DNA of 64,000 bases from an uncultured delta proteobacterium (GCA_963727445.1 CAVSGI010000006.1:288001-352000), one strand, 5' to 3'; shown: positions 28,719 to 38,688, numbered from the stretch's first letter. Notes: generated by a model not told the origin, from the sequence alone. Translations and numbers: made by a program.

Positions 28719-29785
28719 GCGCTCTCCTCCGGCGGGCCGAGCATGACGATCTCCACGCGCGTCCGCTCCTCCTCCGTGCCCGCGCCTCCGATGCTCAGCG
28801 ACGCGCGCTCACCATAGGCGAGGGCGAGGCGCCGTTCCACCATGGCGATGCCCTCGCCGCCCTCGCGACGGCCGGTATAGGGACCCGGGTTTTCGACGAC
28901 GAGCCGCAGCGTCTCCCCCCGCACTTCGACCTCGAGCAGGAGCTCCCCGCGATGGCCTTTGGCCGGGCCGTGCTTCACGGCGTTTTCGACGATGGGCAGG
29001 AAGATCATCGGCGGCACGCCGATCTCCGGGAGCGGATCGGGGACTCGGCGGACGAGGGTGAAGAGCTCCGGATCGCGGATCAGATGCAGGTCGAGGAGCG
29101 CGGAGAGGAGCTCGAGCTCCTTCGAGAGGGGCCAATCCTTCTTCCGCACTCCATCGAGGACGGCGCGAAGCATCGAGGACAGCTCGAGGGTGGCGCGCTC
29201 CGCGACCTCCCCGTCCTCGCGACACCACTCGGCGATCGCGTTCAGGGTGTTGAAGAGGAAGTGCGGGTCGAGGTGGCTGCGGAGCGCGAGGAGCTGTGCG
29301 CGCTCGGCCTCCCGCGCGAGGGTCTCGGCCCGGGTCTGCGCGTGGGTGAGGCTCTTCTCCATCTCGATGTCGCGCCCAAGTCCCCAGCCGCCGACCACGA
29401 AGAGGGCGAAGGCGACCGCGAGGGAGAAGCGATCCGTCAGGAAGGTCACGCCCATCCGAAGCGCGTGGGGCAGCACGTAGCCGCCGATCATCACCAGGAT
29501 GAAAGCGATGCCGAGGAAGGCGGCGAGGCGCACGAGGGGCGGGGATTGGTGCTCGCGCTCGGCGAAGAGAACCCGAAAGGCATGGGGCGCGACGAACCAG
29601 AACCCGCCCACCATCGTGAGGCCGACCGCGGTCGCCAGGTATTGGCCGCTGATGCGCCACTGGGCGACCAGGAGCGGGACCGCGAGGAACGCGACCGGCA
29701 CCAGGCGCCGGGGCGTGATCAACGCCCGCATCGTGCTGGTCCAGGTGGGGATCGCCGCCGTGCTCATCGGATGCGATCGGAGCAT
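28715..29785 (-). CDS. LytS/YehU-family sensor histidine kinase
   Basis: Four TM segments; LRSHLDPHFLFNTLNAI; PIVENAVKHG. Confidence 0.92.
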   Translation of the reverse strand: MLRSHPMSTAAIPTWTSTMRALITPRRLVPVAFLAVPLLVAQWRISGQYLATAVGLTMVGGFWFVAPHAFRVLFAEREHQSPPLVRLAAFLGIAFILVMIGGYVLPHALRMGVTFLTDRFSLAVAFALFVVGGWGLGRDIEMEKSLTHAQTRAETLAREAERAQLLALRSHLDPHFLFNTLNAIAEWCREDGEVAERATLELSSMLRAVLDGVRKKDWPLSKELELLSALLDLHLIRDPELFTLVRRVPDPLPEIGVPPMIFLPIVENAVKHGPAKGHRGELLLEVEVRGETLRLVVENPGPYTGRREGGEGIAMVERRLALAYGERASLSIGGAGTEEERTRVEIVMLGPPEESA

Positions 29786-29851
29786 GGCACGGCGGAGCGG
29801 CGAGGGGAGGGCCTCGCCGCCTGAACGGTCGTGGGTAGGGGGTGAGTGGCT

Positions 29852-30578
29852 GCGCGGGCGTTGCCCGCGCTTGGGGAGCGCTTCGCTACGGCGTCACACC
29901 GCCTTGTGCGTGGGGGACCGCAGTCCCGGCGGTGTGGCGCCTGCGCTGCGCGCGCCCTGCGCGCGGGCGTTGCCCGCGCTTCGTGAGCGCTTCGCTACGG
30001 CGTCACACCGCCTTGTGTGTGGGGGACCGCAGTCCCGGCGGTGTGGCGCCTGCGCTGCGCGCGCCCTGCGCGCGGGCGTTGCCCGCGCTTCGTGAGCGCT
30101 TCGCTACGGCGTCACACCGCCTTGTGTGTGGGGGACCGCAGTCCCGGCGGTGTGGCGCCTGCGCTGCGCGCGCCCTGCGCGCGGGCGTTGCCCGCGCTTC
30201 GTGAGCGCTTCGCTACGGCGTCACACCGCCTTGTGTGTGGGGGACCGCAGTCCCGGCGGTGTGGCGCCTGCGCTGCGCGCGCCCTGCGCGCGGGCGTTGC
30301 CCGCGCTTCGTGAGCGCTTCGCTACGGCGTCACACCGCCTTGTGTGTGGGGGACCGCAGTCCCGGCGGTGTGGCGCCTGCGCTGCGCGCGCGCTGCGCGC
30401 GGGCGTTGCCCGCGCTTCGTGAGCGCTTCGCTACGGCGTCACACCGCCTTGTGTGTGGGGGGGGACCGCAGTCCCGGCGGTGTGGCGCCTGCGCTGCGCG
30501 CGCCCTGCGCGCGGGCGTTGCCCGCGCTTGGGGAGCGCTTCGCTACGGCGTCACACCGCCTTGTGTGTGGGGGACCGC
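29852..30578. repeat. Tandem array of a 109-bp palindrome-rich unit (6 full copies plus a 70-bp partial)
   Basis: Units start at 29852, 29961, 30070, 30179, 30288, 30397 and 30509; near-identical with no unique spacers; internal hairpins GCGCGGGC-GTT-GCCCGCGC and CACACCGCC...GGCGGTGTG. Confidence 0.95.
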
Positions 30579-30594
30579 CTGGGGGGCCGCTGGC

Positions 30595-33003
30595 TCAGCC
30601 GCCCGGATTCGTGGCGGCGGAGAGGACGTTGCGCGCTTCCTCGGCGCCCGGGCCGCCGGAGTCACGCGCCTTGAGGAGCAGGCCGGTCTCGCCCATCGCG
30701 CCGAGGATCTCGGCGGCGGTCGCGCGACGCGCGGCGTCATCGCCCGTGAGCGCGGCGTACATCTGCATGCGGACGAACTGCGGGCTCGCGCCGCCGGGGC
30801 CTTCCCAGCCCGACTGAAGGACGTTGATTGTCTTGAGCCAGGCGTAGGCGTAGCGACCCTCGCGGTCGCCTTCGCGGAGGATCTTGGAGGCGTTGATGCG
30901 ACGCCAGATGGCGCCACTCTCGAACATGTCCTCGGTCAGCAAATCGAACCACTCCGACTGCTCGTCCATGATGGCGAACTGGAGGATCTCCTCGGCGTCC
31001 GAGTCCTCGCCGAGGGCGGTGACAAGCGCGTGGGCAGCCTCTTCGCTGCCTCCGAGCGCGATGGAGAAGGAGGCCACGCGGCGGCCCTCTTCGTCGCCGA
31101 GGAGCGTCATGAGCCCGGCGTCGGCCTCGGGGTTCGCCCCATAGCCCACGGCGATGGCGACCGCGCGACGAACCGCCACCGGCGCTTCGCTGCCCATCAC
31201 CCGGATCAGCTCGGCGTTGAGCGTCGGCTGTGCCTTCTGCCAGAGCGCCTGCACGTAGTAGCGGCGCGCCGCCTCGTCGAGGGACTCGTCCTGCACCTTG
31301 GTGAGGACCTCCTCGAGCTGCTCGGGCGTGGCGGACCGGCCGATGGCGTGGGCCGCGTAAGCGCGAAGCTCGTAGTCGTCCATCGGATCCTCGACGACCT
31401 TCATGAGCTCCTCCACGGCTTCGGGGCGCCCGTAAATCTTCATGGCGAGGATCGCGCCCTTGCGCGTGCGCAACAGGTCCTCGTTCGGGATCGAACGCTC
31501 CGCCGCGTTGGTGGCGGTCATGTCCACGTCGGCGGGCCGCTTCACCATGTCGAGGAGACGGCGGAAGGCCGGCTCGTAATTCATGCTGGCGAGGGCCTGG
31601 GCCGCCGCCGGCGCGTCGACGCCGGTGAGCGCCTTCTCGATGCGGCGTGCCGCCTCGTCGGTGCCGGTCGCGCCGAGCGCGCGGATGATCGCTGCCTGGC
31701 GGAAGCAGCCAGCTGGCATCGTCGGATCGGGCTCGTCCGGGCAGGTGGGAGGCAACAGCGCGAGGAGCTCGCCGGCCGCCTCGGGGGGGCCGAGCTTCTC
31801 GAGACCGTCGAGGGCCGCGTCCGCAGCCGCCTCGTTCTCGCTCTGCGCCATCGCGATCAGACGGGGCACGGCGCGCGGGTCGCCGAGGTTGGCGAGCGCG
31901 ATCGCCGAGTCGTTCCGGATCTCCTCGTCCTCGCTGTTGATGAGGCCAGCGAGCGCATCAGCCGTGTCCGGATCGTGCGTCGCAGCGACCAGCCGCACGA
32001 GCTCCCGCTTGATCGACACGTCGTCCGCTTCGCCCACCAGGCGGGCGAGATCCGCGCCGGAGATGGACTTGCCGAGGGCGGCGATGATGCCCTCGCTCAT
32101 GTTCGGCTGGTTCGTGAGCAGGCGGAAGAGCGGCTCGGCCGCACGGGGATCGCCCGTCCGCCCGAGGCCTGTCGCTGCCGACCGAATGACCTCGGTGTTC
32201 CGCTCGTCCTCGGGACGCGCGAGCTCGTGGTCGACCAGGCGGGTCAGCGGGTCGATGGCCGCCGGGTCCGCGGATTCCGCGAGGGCCTGCGCCGTCAGCA
32301 GTCGCACCGAGTCCTCTTCGTGGTTCAGCAGCTCGTCGGAGGCGAGACGCTCGGGGCCGAGCACCCGCGTGATGACCGCTGGATCCCAGTTGGGCATGTC
32401 CTGCAGGCGGCCGGCGACGAACTGCTCGATGATCGCATCGGCCGCGTTCGACTCGCCGAGCACGGCGAGGGCCCACACGACCTGCGTGCGGTCGAGCTCG
32501 TCGGTGTCGGGGAGGATGTCGAGGAGCTTCTGCCGCGCGGGGTCCGCCGTGGGCGAGCCCAGGTTCGCGAGCGCGATCGCCGCCTGGCGCCGCACCTCAC
32601 CACGCTGGTCGAGCGCGGTGATGTACAGCGGTACGGCCGCCGCGTCTTCGAAGGCGTCGAGGTTCTGGATGATCCGAACGCGCACGCTCGGGTGATCGTC
32701 CGCCTGGAACACGTTGCGGAGACACGTGAGCATCTCCTCCTGTGCGTCGATCTGACCGCAGCGCTCGACCTCCGCCATCATCTGGTCTTTGGCGATCGTG
32801 GCGCGGTAACCGAACCACGCCATGATCCCCAACATGATGATGATCAGGACGCCCGCGATGCGGCCGGCCGTCGAGGTGCGCTTGCGCATCCCCTTGAGGG
32901 CCTGCTCATCCCCCATCGGCACGGCTGCGAGCGGGTTGTCGTCTTCAAAAGCGCTGAGGTCGGTGGGCCCCTCGGCCGGTGCCTCGAAATCCTCGTCGGA
33001 CAT
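30595..33003 (-). CDS. Membrane-anchored HEAT-repeat protein (802 aa)
   Basis: GGAGG RBS; one N-terminal TM (IAGVLIIIMLGIMAWFGY); many repeats such as VRRQAAIALANLG and IRNDSAIALANLGDPRAVPRL. Confidence 0.85.
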   Translation of the reverse strand: MSDEDFEAPAEGPTDLSAFEDDNPLAAVPMGDEQALKGMRKRTSTAGRIAGVLIIIMLGIMAWFGYRATIAKDQMMAEVERCGQIDAQEEMLTCLRNVFQADDHPSVRVRIIQNLDAFEDAAAVPLYITALDQRGEVRRQAAIALANLGSPTADPARQKLLDILPDTDELDRTQVVWALAVLGESNAADAIIEQFVAGRLQDMPNWDPAVITRVLGPERLASDELLNHEEDSVRLLTAQALAESADPAAIDPLTRLVDHELARPEDERNTEVIRSAATGLGRTGDPRAAEPLFRLLTNQPNMSEGIIAALGKSISGADLARLVGEADDVSIKRELVRLVAATHDPDTADALAGLINSEDEEIRNDSAIALANLGDPRAVPRLIAMAQSENEAAADAALDGLEKLGPPEAAGELLALLPPTCPDEPDPTMPAGCFRQAAIIRALGATGTDEAARRIEKALTGVDAPAAAQALASMNYEPAFRRLLDMVKRPADVDMTATNAAERSIPNEDLLRTRKGAILAMKIYGRPEAVEELMKVVEDPMDDYELRAYAAHAIGRSATPEQLEEVLTKVQDESLDEAARRYYVQALWQKAQPTLNAELIRVMGSEAPVAVRRAVAIAVGYGANPEADAGLMTLLGDEEGRRVASFSIALGGSEEAAHALVTALGEDSDAEEILQFAIMDEQSEWFDLLTEDMFESGAIWRRINASKILREGDREGRYAYAWLKTINVLQSGWEGPGGASPQFVRMQMYAALTGDDAARRATAAEILGAMGETGLLLKARDSGGPGAEEARNVLSAATNPGG

Positions 33004-33062
33004 GGCGGATCCTCCCCAAAAAGGCGGCCCAACATACCGATCTTGCGTGGAAAAGGAAACGC

Positions 33063-34238
33063 TCAGGGTGCGTTTGTGTCGTCGCCGAGGTCGAATATCC
33101 GCCGCGCGTTGTCCGCGTAGAGCTTGCGGAGCACCCCCTCGGGGAGCCCGATCGCGTCGATGGTCCAGTCGCCCTGGATGGGGGTGGGGTGGGCCATGTG
33201 CCGGGCGTTCGTCTCGAAGTACCTGAAATGAGAGGCGAAGAAGGCAGAGACCGCGGAGCGGGGGTCGGGATGAGCGCCCCGCGAGCCGAGGGTCAGACCC
33301 CCCGCCGTCACGCCGAGATCGGTGCCGAAGAGGATCCGGTCCTGGTGCCGCACGAAGAGCGCGTGCATCTCCTCTGGATCGTGGCGGCCGATCTCGGGGA
33401 GGCGCGCGCCGGTCTCGACCACCAGATTCGGGTAGCGGTCGAGCATCTGCCCGACCCGCAGCGGCTCCTCCGGGTCGTTGCCGAAGTGGGCGCCAACGAA
33501 GGTGGTGTTCGGGTGGCGGGCGACGCGGGTCTCGAACTGCGCGAAGATCTCCTCCCACGTCGGCCAGGGCTCCCCGTTCGGGTCGTCGCCGTAGAAGCTC
33601 CACGCGGGATGGGCCTGTAGCTCGGCGTATCGCTCGTTGTCGGGGGTGGGCGGCCGGAAGAAGGCCTGGGGATCGCCGGAGTGGATCAGCACCGGCAGGC
33701 CGAGGCTCCCCGCGGTCTCGAAGACGACGTCGAGGCGCGGATCGTCGATGCGCAGCAGCGATCCGTCCGAGAGGCGCGTGCCGAGGCCCAGGCTCTTGAA
33801 GATCTTGAGCCCCACCGCGCCGCGCTCCCGGCAGGCGCGCAGCCAACGGACGGCGAACTCCTGAAAGTCCGCGTCCTCGACCGCGGAGAAAGCGAAATTG
33901 CAGTAAGGCCGAATGCGCCCGCCGGTCTGCTCGGCCACCTGATTCCAGGCCACCAGTTCCTGTTGGGGCGAGCCGCCGCTCGCGTTGAGCGCGATGTCGA
34001 TCCCGTTTTCGTCCATGATCGACAGCGCTTCGGGGACCTGCTCGAGGCCCAGGTGGGTGTGGACGTCGATCTTCGGCAGGTCGGCGAAGTGCTCCTCGGG
34101 CGCCTCTGGGGTGGGCGGCGGACCGGTCGGTGCCGGCGGGGGCCAGAAGGCCACCGCGAGGACGATCCCCGCGATCAGGGCCCCAGCCACCGCCCAGAGG
34201 GCCTTCGAACCCCCCCGTCTGTGTTCATTCGTTTGCAA
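33063..34238 (-). CDS. Amidohydrolase-family protein with an N-terminal TM/signal
   Basis: KIDVHTH, GLKIFK, VLIHSGDP, FVGAH, ILFGTD. Confidence 0.85.
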   Translation of the reverse strand: MQTNEHRRGGSKALWAVAGALIAGIVLAVAFWPPPAPTGPPPTPEAPEEHFADLPKIDVHTHLGLEQVPEALSIMDENGIDIALNASGGSPQQELVAWNQVAEQTGGRIRPYCNFAFSAVEDADFQEFAVRWLRACRERGAVGLKIFKSLGLGTRLSDGSLLRIDDPRLDVVFETAGSLGLPVLIHSGDPQAFFRPPTPDNERYAELQAHPAWSFYGDDPNGEPWPTWEEIFAQFETRVARHPNTTFVGAHFGNDPEEPLRVGQMLDRYPNLVVETGARLPEIGRHDPEEMHALFVRHQDRILFGTDLGVTAGGLTLGSRGAHPDPRSAVSAFFASHFRYFETNARHMAHPTPIQGDWTIDAIGLPEGVLRKLYADNARRIFDLGDDTNAP

Positions 34239-34312
34239 GTGCCCGAAATCGCTGTTGACCCGTTGCGGGGCCCCATTCTAATCTCGTGAGCCGTTGGAGG
34301 GGAGACCCCGGG

Positions 34313-34645
34313 ATGACGAAATCCGAGCTCATCGACGCAGTAGCCCAGCGGAGCAAGATCACCAAGAGCAGGGCCGAGCAGGTCGTGAACTGCGTCTTCG
34401 AGTCGATGACCAAAGCGCTCGAAAAGGGCGAGGGTATCGAGATCAGAGGCTTTGGCAGCTTCACCGTGCGCCATTACAAGCCTTACAACGGTCGCAATCC
34501 CCGCACTGGTAAGCCAGTGCCGGTGCCGGCGAAACGTCTACCTTTCTTCAAGGTGGGCAAAGAGCTCAAGGAGCTCGTCAACACCGGCAAGCTCCCAGAA
34601 GGCGGATTCGCCAGCCATCACGAGCCCGTGCCCGACGACGACTGA
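34313..34645 (+). CDS. ihfB: Integration host factor beta / HU family
   Basis: MTKSELI, IEIRGFGSF, GRNPRTG, PFFKVGKELKE. Confidence 0.88.
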   Translation: MTKSELIDAVAQRSKITKSRAEQVVNCVFESMTKALEKGEGIEIRGFGSFTVRHYKPYNGRNPRTGKPVPVPAKRLPFFKVGKELKELVNTGKLPEGGFASHHEPVPDDD

Positions 34646-34694
34646 GTCGGCCTTTCGGCTCGACAACTCCCAACGGCCCCACACGAGCACCACC

Positions 34695-35921
34695 GTGTCC
34701 CCCGAAGAGCAGCTCGCCGAGCTCAAGCGCGGCGTCGTCGATTTGCACGTCGAGTCGGAGCTACTCGACCGCCTGCGCGAGGGGAAGCCTCTCAAGATCA
34801 AAGCGGGTTTCGACCCGACGCGCCCCGACCTCCATCTCGGGCATACGGTCTTGATGAACAAGATGCGTGCGTTCCAGGAGCTCGGGCACGAAGTGATCTT
34901 CGTGGTCGGTGATTTCACGGCGCAAATCGGTGATCCCTCCGGCCGCAGCGCCACCCGCCCCGTCCCCACCCGCGAAGAGATCGAAGAGGGCGCGCGGACC
35001 TACGCCGAGCAGGCGTTCAAGATCCTCGACAAGGACGCGACCCGCATCGTCTACAACAGCGAATGGCTTGGTGAAATGCGCTTCGACGACGTCATTCGCA
35101 TGGCGGGGAAGTACACCCTGGCGCGCATGATGGAGCGGGACGACTTCAAGAAGCGGTGGGCGGAAAACCAGAGCATTTCCATTCACGAGCTCCTCTATCC
35201 GCTGGCCCAGGCCTACGATTCGGTCGCCCTCGAATGCGACGTGGAGCTGGGCGGCACCGACCAGCTCTTCAACCTCCTCGTCGGTCGCCAGCTGATGCGC
35301 GAGTACGGTCAGCGGCCGCAGCTCGTCATGACGACGCCCATCCTCGAGGGCACGAACGCGCGCGAAGAGGACGGGCGCATCGTGGGCGACAAGATGAGCA
35401 AGTCCCTCGACAACTACGTGGGGGTCGCCGAGGCGCCGAAGGAGATGTTCGGCAAGCTGATGAGCATCTCGGACGCCGTGATGTGGCGTTACTACGAGCT
35501 CCTGTCGGGCGAGTCGGTGGAGACCATCGCCGAGCGCAAGCGCGCGTGCGCGTCGGGTGGGATGAATCCGCGCGACGCGAAGGTGGCCCTCGCGAAGGAG
35601 ATCGTCGGCCGCTACCACGACGACCGCGCCGCAGAAGACGCGCGCGAAGCGTGGGAGGCGCAGTTCAGCCGGCGCGAGGTGCCCGACGACATGCCGGACG
35701 TGACCCTCGAGGCCGGCGACGAAGGCGAGATTCGGATCCCGAAGGCGCTCGTCGAGGCGGGGCTGGTGAAGAGCTCGAGCGACGGGCGGCGCCGGCTTCA
35801 GCAGGGCGGCGTGCAGGTCGACGGCGCGAAGGTGACCGACACGCAGGCGAAGCTGAAGAAGGGCGGGACCTACGTGGTCAAGGCCGGCAAGCGCGCCTGG
35901 GCGAAGATCACGGTCCGCTGA
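34695..35921 (+). CDS. tyrS: Tyrosine--tRNA ligase
   Basis: GFDPTRPDLHLGH, YPLAQAYD, ELGGTDQLFN, KMSKS, C-terminal S4 domain. Confidence 0.97.
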   Translation: MSPEEQLAELKRGVVDLHVESELLDRLREGKPLKIKAGFDPTRPDLHLGHTVLMNKMRAFQELGHEVIFVVGDFTAQIGDPSGRSATRPVPTREEIEEGARTYAEQAFKILDKDATRIVYNSEWLGEMRFDDVIRMAGKYTLARMMERDDFKKRWAENQSISIHELLYPLAQAYDSVALECDVELGGTDQLFNLLVGRQLMREYGQRPQLVMTTPILEGTNAREEDGRIVGDKMSKSLDNYVGVAEAPKEMFGKLMSISDAVMWRYYELLSGESVETIAERKRACASGGMNPRDAKVALAKEIVGRYHDDRAAEDAREAWEAQFSRREVPDDMPDVTLEAGDEGEIRIPKALVEAGLVKSSSDGRRRLQQGGVQVDGAKVTDTQAKLKKGGTYVVKAGKRAWAKITVR

Positions 35922-35930
35922 TGGGTCGAG

Positions 35931-37022
35931 ATGCCTGACATTCGCGCCGTCGTCATGACGGGCCCGCACGAGCCGCTCGCGCTCCGCGAGCTGCCGGAGC
36001 CGGAGCTCGCGCCGGGCGCGGCGCTCTTGCGAACCACCTACAGCGAGGTCTGCGGGACCGACGTGCATCTCGCCGACGGCAAGCTCGCCGGCGTGCCTTA
36101 TCCGATCGTGCCAGGTCACGTGTCGGTGGGGGTGCTCGAGAAGATCCGCGGCGAGATCCGCGACGTGGACGGCGTGCCCTTCCGCGAAGGGGACACGGCT
36201 GCGTTCCTCGACGTCCACGGCTCTTGCGGCGCCTGCTACCAGTGCCTGGTCGCCAAGGCTTCGACGCGCTGCCCTTCACGCCGTGTGTACGGCATCACCT
36301 TCAGCGCCGACGAAGGTCCGCTCGGCGGCTGGGCGGAGAAGATCCTGCTCCTGCCCGGGACCAAGCTGCTTCGCCTGCCCGACGGGCTGGACGGGGCGAC
36401 CTACATCGGCGGCGGTTGTGGACTGAACACCGCGTACGCGTCCGTGACGCGCGCGACCATTCGGCTCGGCGATTCGGTGGTGGTGCTCGGCGTCGGGCCG
36501 GTGGGGCAGAGCGTCTGCGCGTTCGCGAGCCTCTCCGGCGCGAGCCAGGTGCTCGCCATCGGGGCGCCCGACGAAAGGCTCGCCTACGCGAAGCGCATGG
36601 GCGCGACCGATACGTGCGGCCTCGGCCTGGACGCCGGCGCGCGGGCGGCCTGGGTGCGCGAGCGGACCTCGGGGTGGGGCGCCGACGTGGTGATCGAGGC
36701 GGCGGGGGATCCGCGCGCGGTGATCGACGCGCTCACCATGGTGCGCGACGCGGGGACGGTGGTGGTGGCCGGGCAGTACACCGACAACGGCGAGGTCGCG
36801 ATCAATCCGCACTCCCTCATCAACGAGAAGCATGTCGATCTGCGCGGCAGCTGGGGCAGCGACTACAGCCACTTCCATCGCGCGATCGCGCTTCAGGCGC
36901 AGCATCGCGCGCGTTTCCCCTGGCACGAGATGGCCGCCAAGAGCTTCGATCTCGATCACGCCGCCGACGCGCTCGAAGCGGTGCGCGCGCGCGAGCTGGT
37001 CAAGGCGACGATCCGTCCTTGA
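35931..37022 (+). CDS. Zinc-binding (MDR) dehydrogenase
   Basis: VCGTDVH, PGHVSVG (GHE variant), CGACYQC...C, GVGPVG. Confidence 0.88.
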   Translation: MPDIRAVVMTGPHEPLALRELPEPELAPGAALLRTTYSEVCGTDVHLADGKLAGVPYPIVPGHVSVGVLEKIRGEIRDVDGVPFREGDTAAFLDVHGSCGACYQCLVAKASTRCPSRRVYGITFSADEGPLGGWAEKILLLPGTKLLRLPDGLDGATYIGGGCGLNTAYASVTRATIRLGDSVVVLGVGPVGQSVCAFASLSGASQVLAIGAPDERLAYAKRMGATDTCGLGLDAGARAAWVRERTSGWGADVVIEAAGDPRAVIDALTMVRDAGTVVVAGQYTDNGEVAINPHSLINEKHVDLRGSWGSDYSHFHRAIALQAQHRARFPWHEMAAKSFDLDHAADALEAVRARELVKATIRP

Positions 37023-37023
37023 T

Positions 37024-37205
37024 TCAGTCGGCGATCCCAGGCGGCAGCTCGACGAGCCAGTCGGCGCTGGAGTAGCCGTCGTGGGTGGGCTGGGGGGCTC
37101 CGGCGCAGTGGGCGGTGGCGCAGTGGGCGGTGGCTGCACCTCCCGTGGATCGTCGCAGGCGACGGAGGTCCACACCAACAGGACGAGGAGCATCTGCCGC
37201 CTCAT
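37024..37205 (-). pseudogene. Small lipoprotein (~60 aa) interrupted by a probable one-base deletion in a homopolymer
   Basis: ATG 37205 overlaps the glgA TGA; MRRQMLLVLLVWTSVAC lipobox plus Pro linker. Adding one base to the G6 run at 37092-37097 joins a GC3-rich frame ending DWLVELPPGIAD* at 37024. Confidence 0.5.
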
Positions 37206-38668
37206 GCATCGTGCCCGCGATCGCGGAGGGCGGCGCGGAACACCTTCAGGTATTCGCGCGCGGCGCGGTCCCAGCTGAAGTCGCGCGTCATGGCCGTGCG
37301 CTGCATCGTGCGCCACGCGTCATGGCGGTCGTCGTAGAACGAGCACGCCCAGCGGATGGTGCCCGCGAGCGCCTCGTCGGTGGCGCAGTCGAAGACGAAG
37401 CCGGTGGCGCGACCCGCGAGCACCTCGTTGTCGGTGGCGTTGATCACCGTGTCCGCGAGCCCGCCGGTGTTGCGCACCAGGGGTAGGGCGCCATAGCGAA
37501 GGGCGTAGAGCTGGGTCAGGCCGCAGGGCTCGGAGCGAGAGGGGACGATGATCACGTCGCTCGCCGCCTGCACCAGGTGCGCAAGGGCCTCGTCGTAGCC
37601 GACGTAGACCGCGACCCGCCCAGGGTGCGCTTCGGCGAGCGTTCGGAAGCCGTCCTCGAGCGCCTTTTCGCCGCTGCCGAGCACCACCAGCTGCCCGCCC
37701 GCCTCGAGGATGGCGCTGCTCGCTTCGAGGAGCAGGTCGACCCCCTTGAGCCAGGCGAGGCGCGAAACCATGCCGAAGAGCGGCGCGTTCGGGTCGCCGT
37801 CGAGATCGACGTGCCGCCGGATCTCGGCGCGCGCGGCCAGCTTGCCCTGGGCGACGCTCTCCACCGTGTAGCGCATCGGCAGGTGGGGGTCGTTCTTCGG
37901 ATCCCACACATCGTAGTCGACGCCGTTCACGATGCCCGTGAGCGCACGCCTCCGTCCCGCGAGCAGGCCTTCCATGCCGAAGCCGGCTTCGGGCGTCTGG
38001 ATCTCGCGGGCGTAGGTCTTGCTGACGGTGGTGATGCGATCAGCGTAGTAGAGGCCCGCCTTCAGGAAACCGACGCCGCCGTAATACTCGACGCCGTCGA
38101 TACCGCGCGCCGATTCGGGCAGGCCCAGCGAGTCGAAGATGCTGGCGTCGTAGCGGCCCTGGTAGGCGAGGTTGTGGATGGTGGTGACTGTGGCGACGTC
38201 GATCTCGTCCGCGCGGACGTAGGCCGGCGCGAGGCCAGCCTGCCAGTCGTGGGCGTGTAGGACGTCGGGGACGAAGGAGGGATCGGCGCCGGCGGCCAGA
38301 CGCGCGCCCGCCCAGCCGAAAGCGGCGAAGCGCAGGTGGTTGTCGGGATGATCGTGGCCCTGGCCGTCGAGATACGGGCCCCCGTCGCGAAAGTAGTGGC
38401 CCGGGCAGTCGAGCACGTAGGCCGGGACGTCGACCCCCCGCAGGCGTCCGCGCATGATCTGGGCCGAGCCCGCGCCGAAGAGATCGTCCACCGAGAGGAC
38501 GGGCTCTTCGTCGTAGAGGGCCTCGAAGACCGCGCCATATCCGGGGAGCAGGACCCGGGCGTCGACGTTCATCCGCGCGAGGGCCGCCGGGAGCGCAGCG
38601 GCGACGTCGGCGAGGCCGCCGGTCTTGACCAGGGGATAGAGCTCGCTCGCGACGGAGAGGACTCGCAC
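37202..38668 (-). CDS. glgA: Glycogen synthase
   Basis: ASELYPLVKTGGLADV, HAHDWQ, TIHNLAYQG, PSRSEPCGLTQL. Confidence 0.96.
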   Translation of the reverse strand: MRVLSVASELYPLVKTGGLADVAAALPAALARMNVDARVLLPGYGAVFEALYDEEPVLSVDDLFGAGSAQIMRGRLRGVDVPAYVLDCPGHYFRDGGPYLDGQGHDHPDNHLRFAAFGWAGARLAAGADPSFVPDVLHAHDWQAGLAPAYVRADEIDVATVTTIHNLAYQGRYDASIFDSLGLPESARGIDGVEYYGGVGFLKAGLYYADRITTVSKTYAREIQTPEAGFGMEGLLAGRRRALTGIVNGVDYDVWDPKNDPHLPMRYTVESVAQGKLAARAEIRRHVDLDGDPNAPLFGMVSRLAWLKGVDLLLEASSAILEAGGQLVVLGSGEKALEDGFRTLAEAHPGRVAVYVGYDEALAHLVQAASDVIIVPSRSEPCGLTQLYALRYGALPLVRNTGGLADTVINATDNEVLAGRATGFVFDCATDEALAGTIRWACSFYDDRHDAWRTMQRTAMTRDFSWDRAAREYLKVFRAALRDRGHDA

Positions 38669-38688
38669 CCCTCAGTCCATACCGCGCG

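Noticed and set aside
29852..30578. CRISPR array
   Set aside because: Whole 109-bp units are near-identical with no unique spacers, and there are no cas genes in the window.
29842..33120. Repeated 98-aa ORFs and the 961-aa + strand ORF (30235..33120)
   Set aside because: These are translations of the tandem repeat and the antisense shadow of the HEAT-repeat gene.
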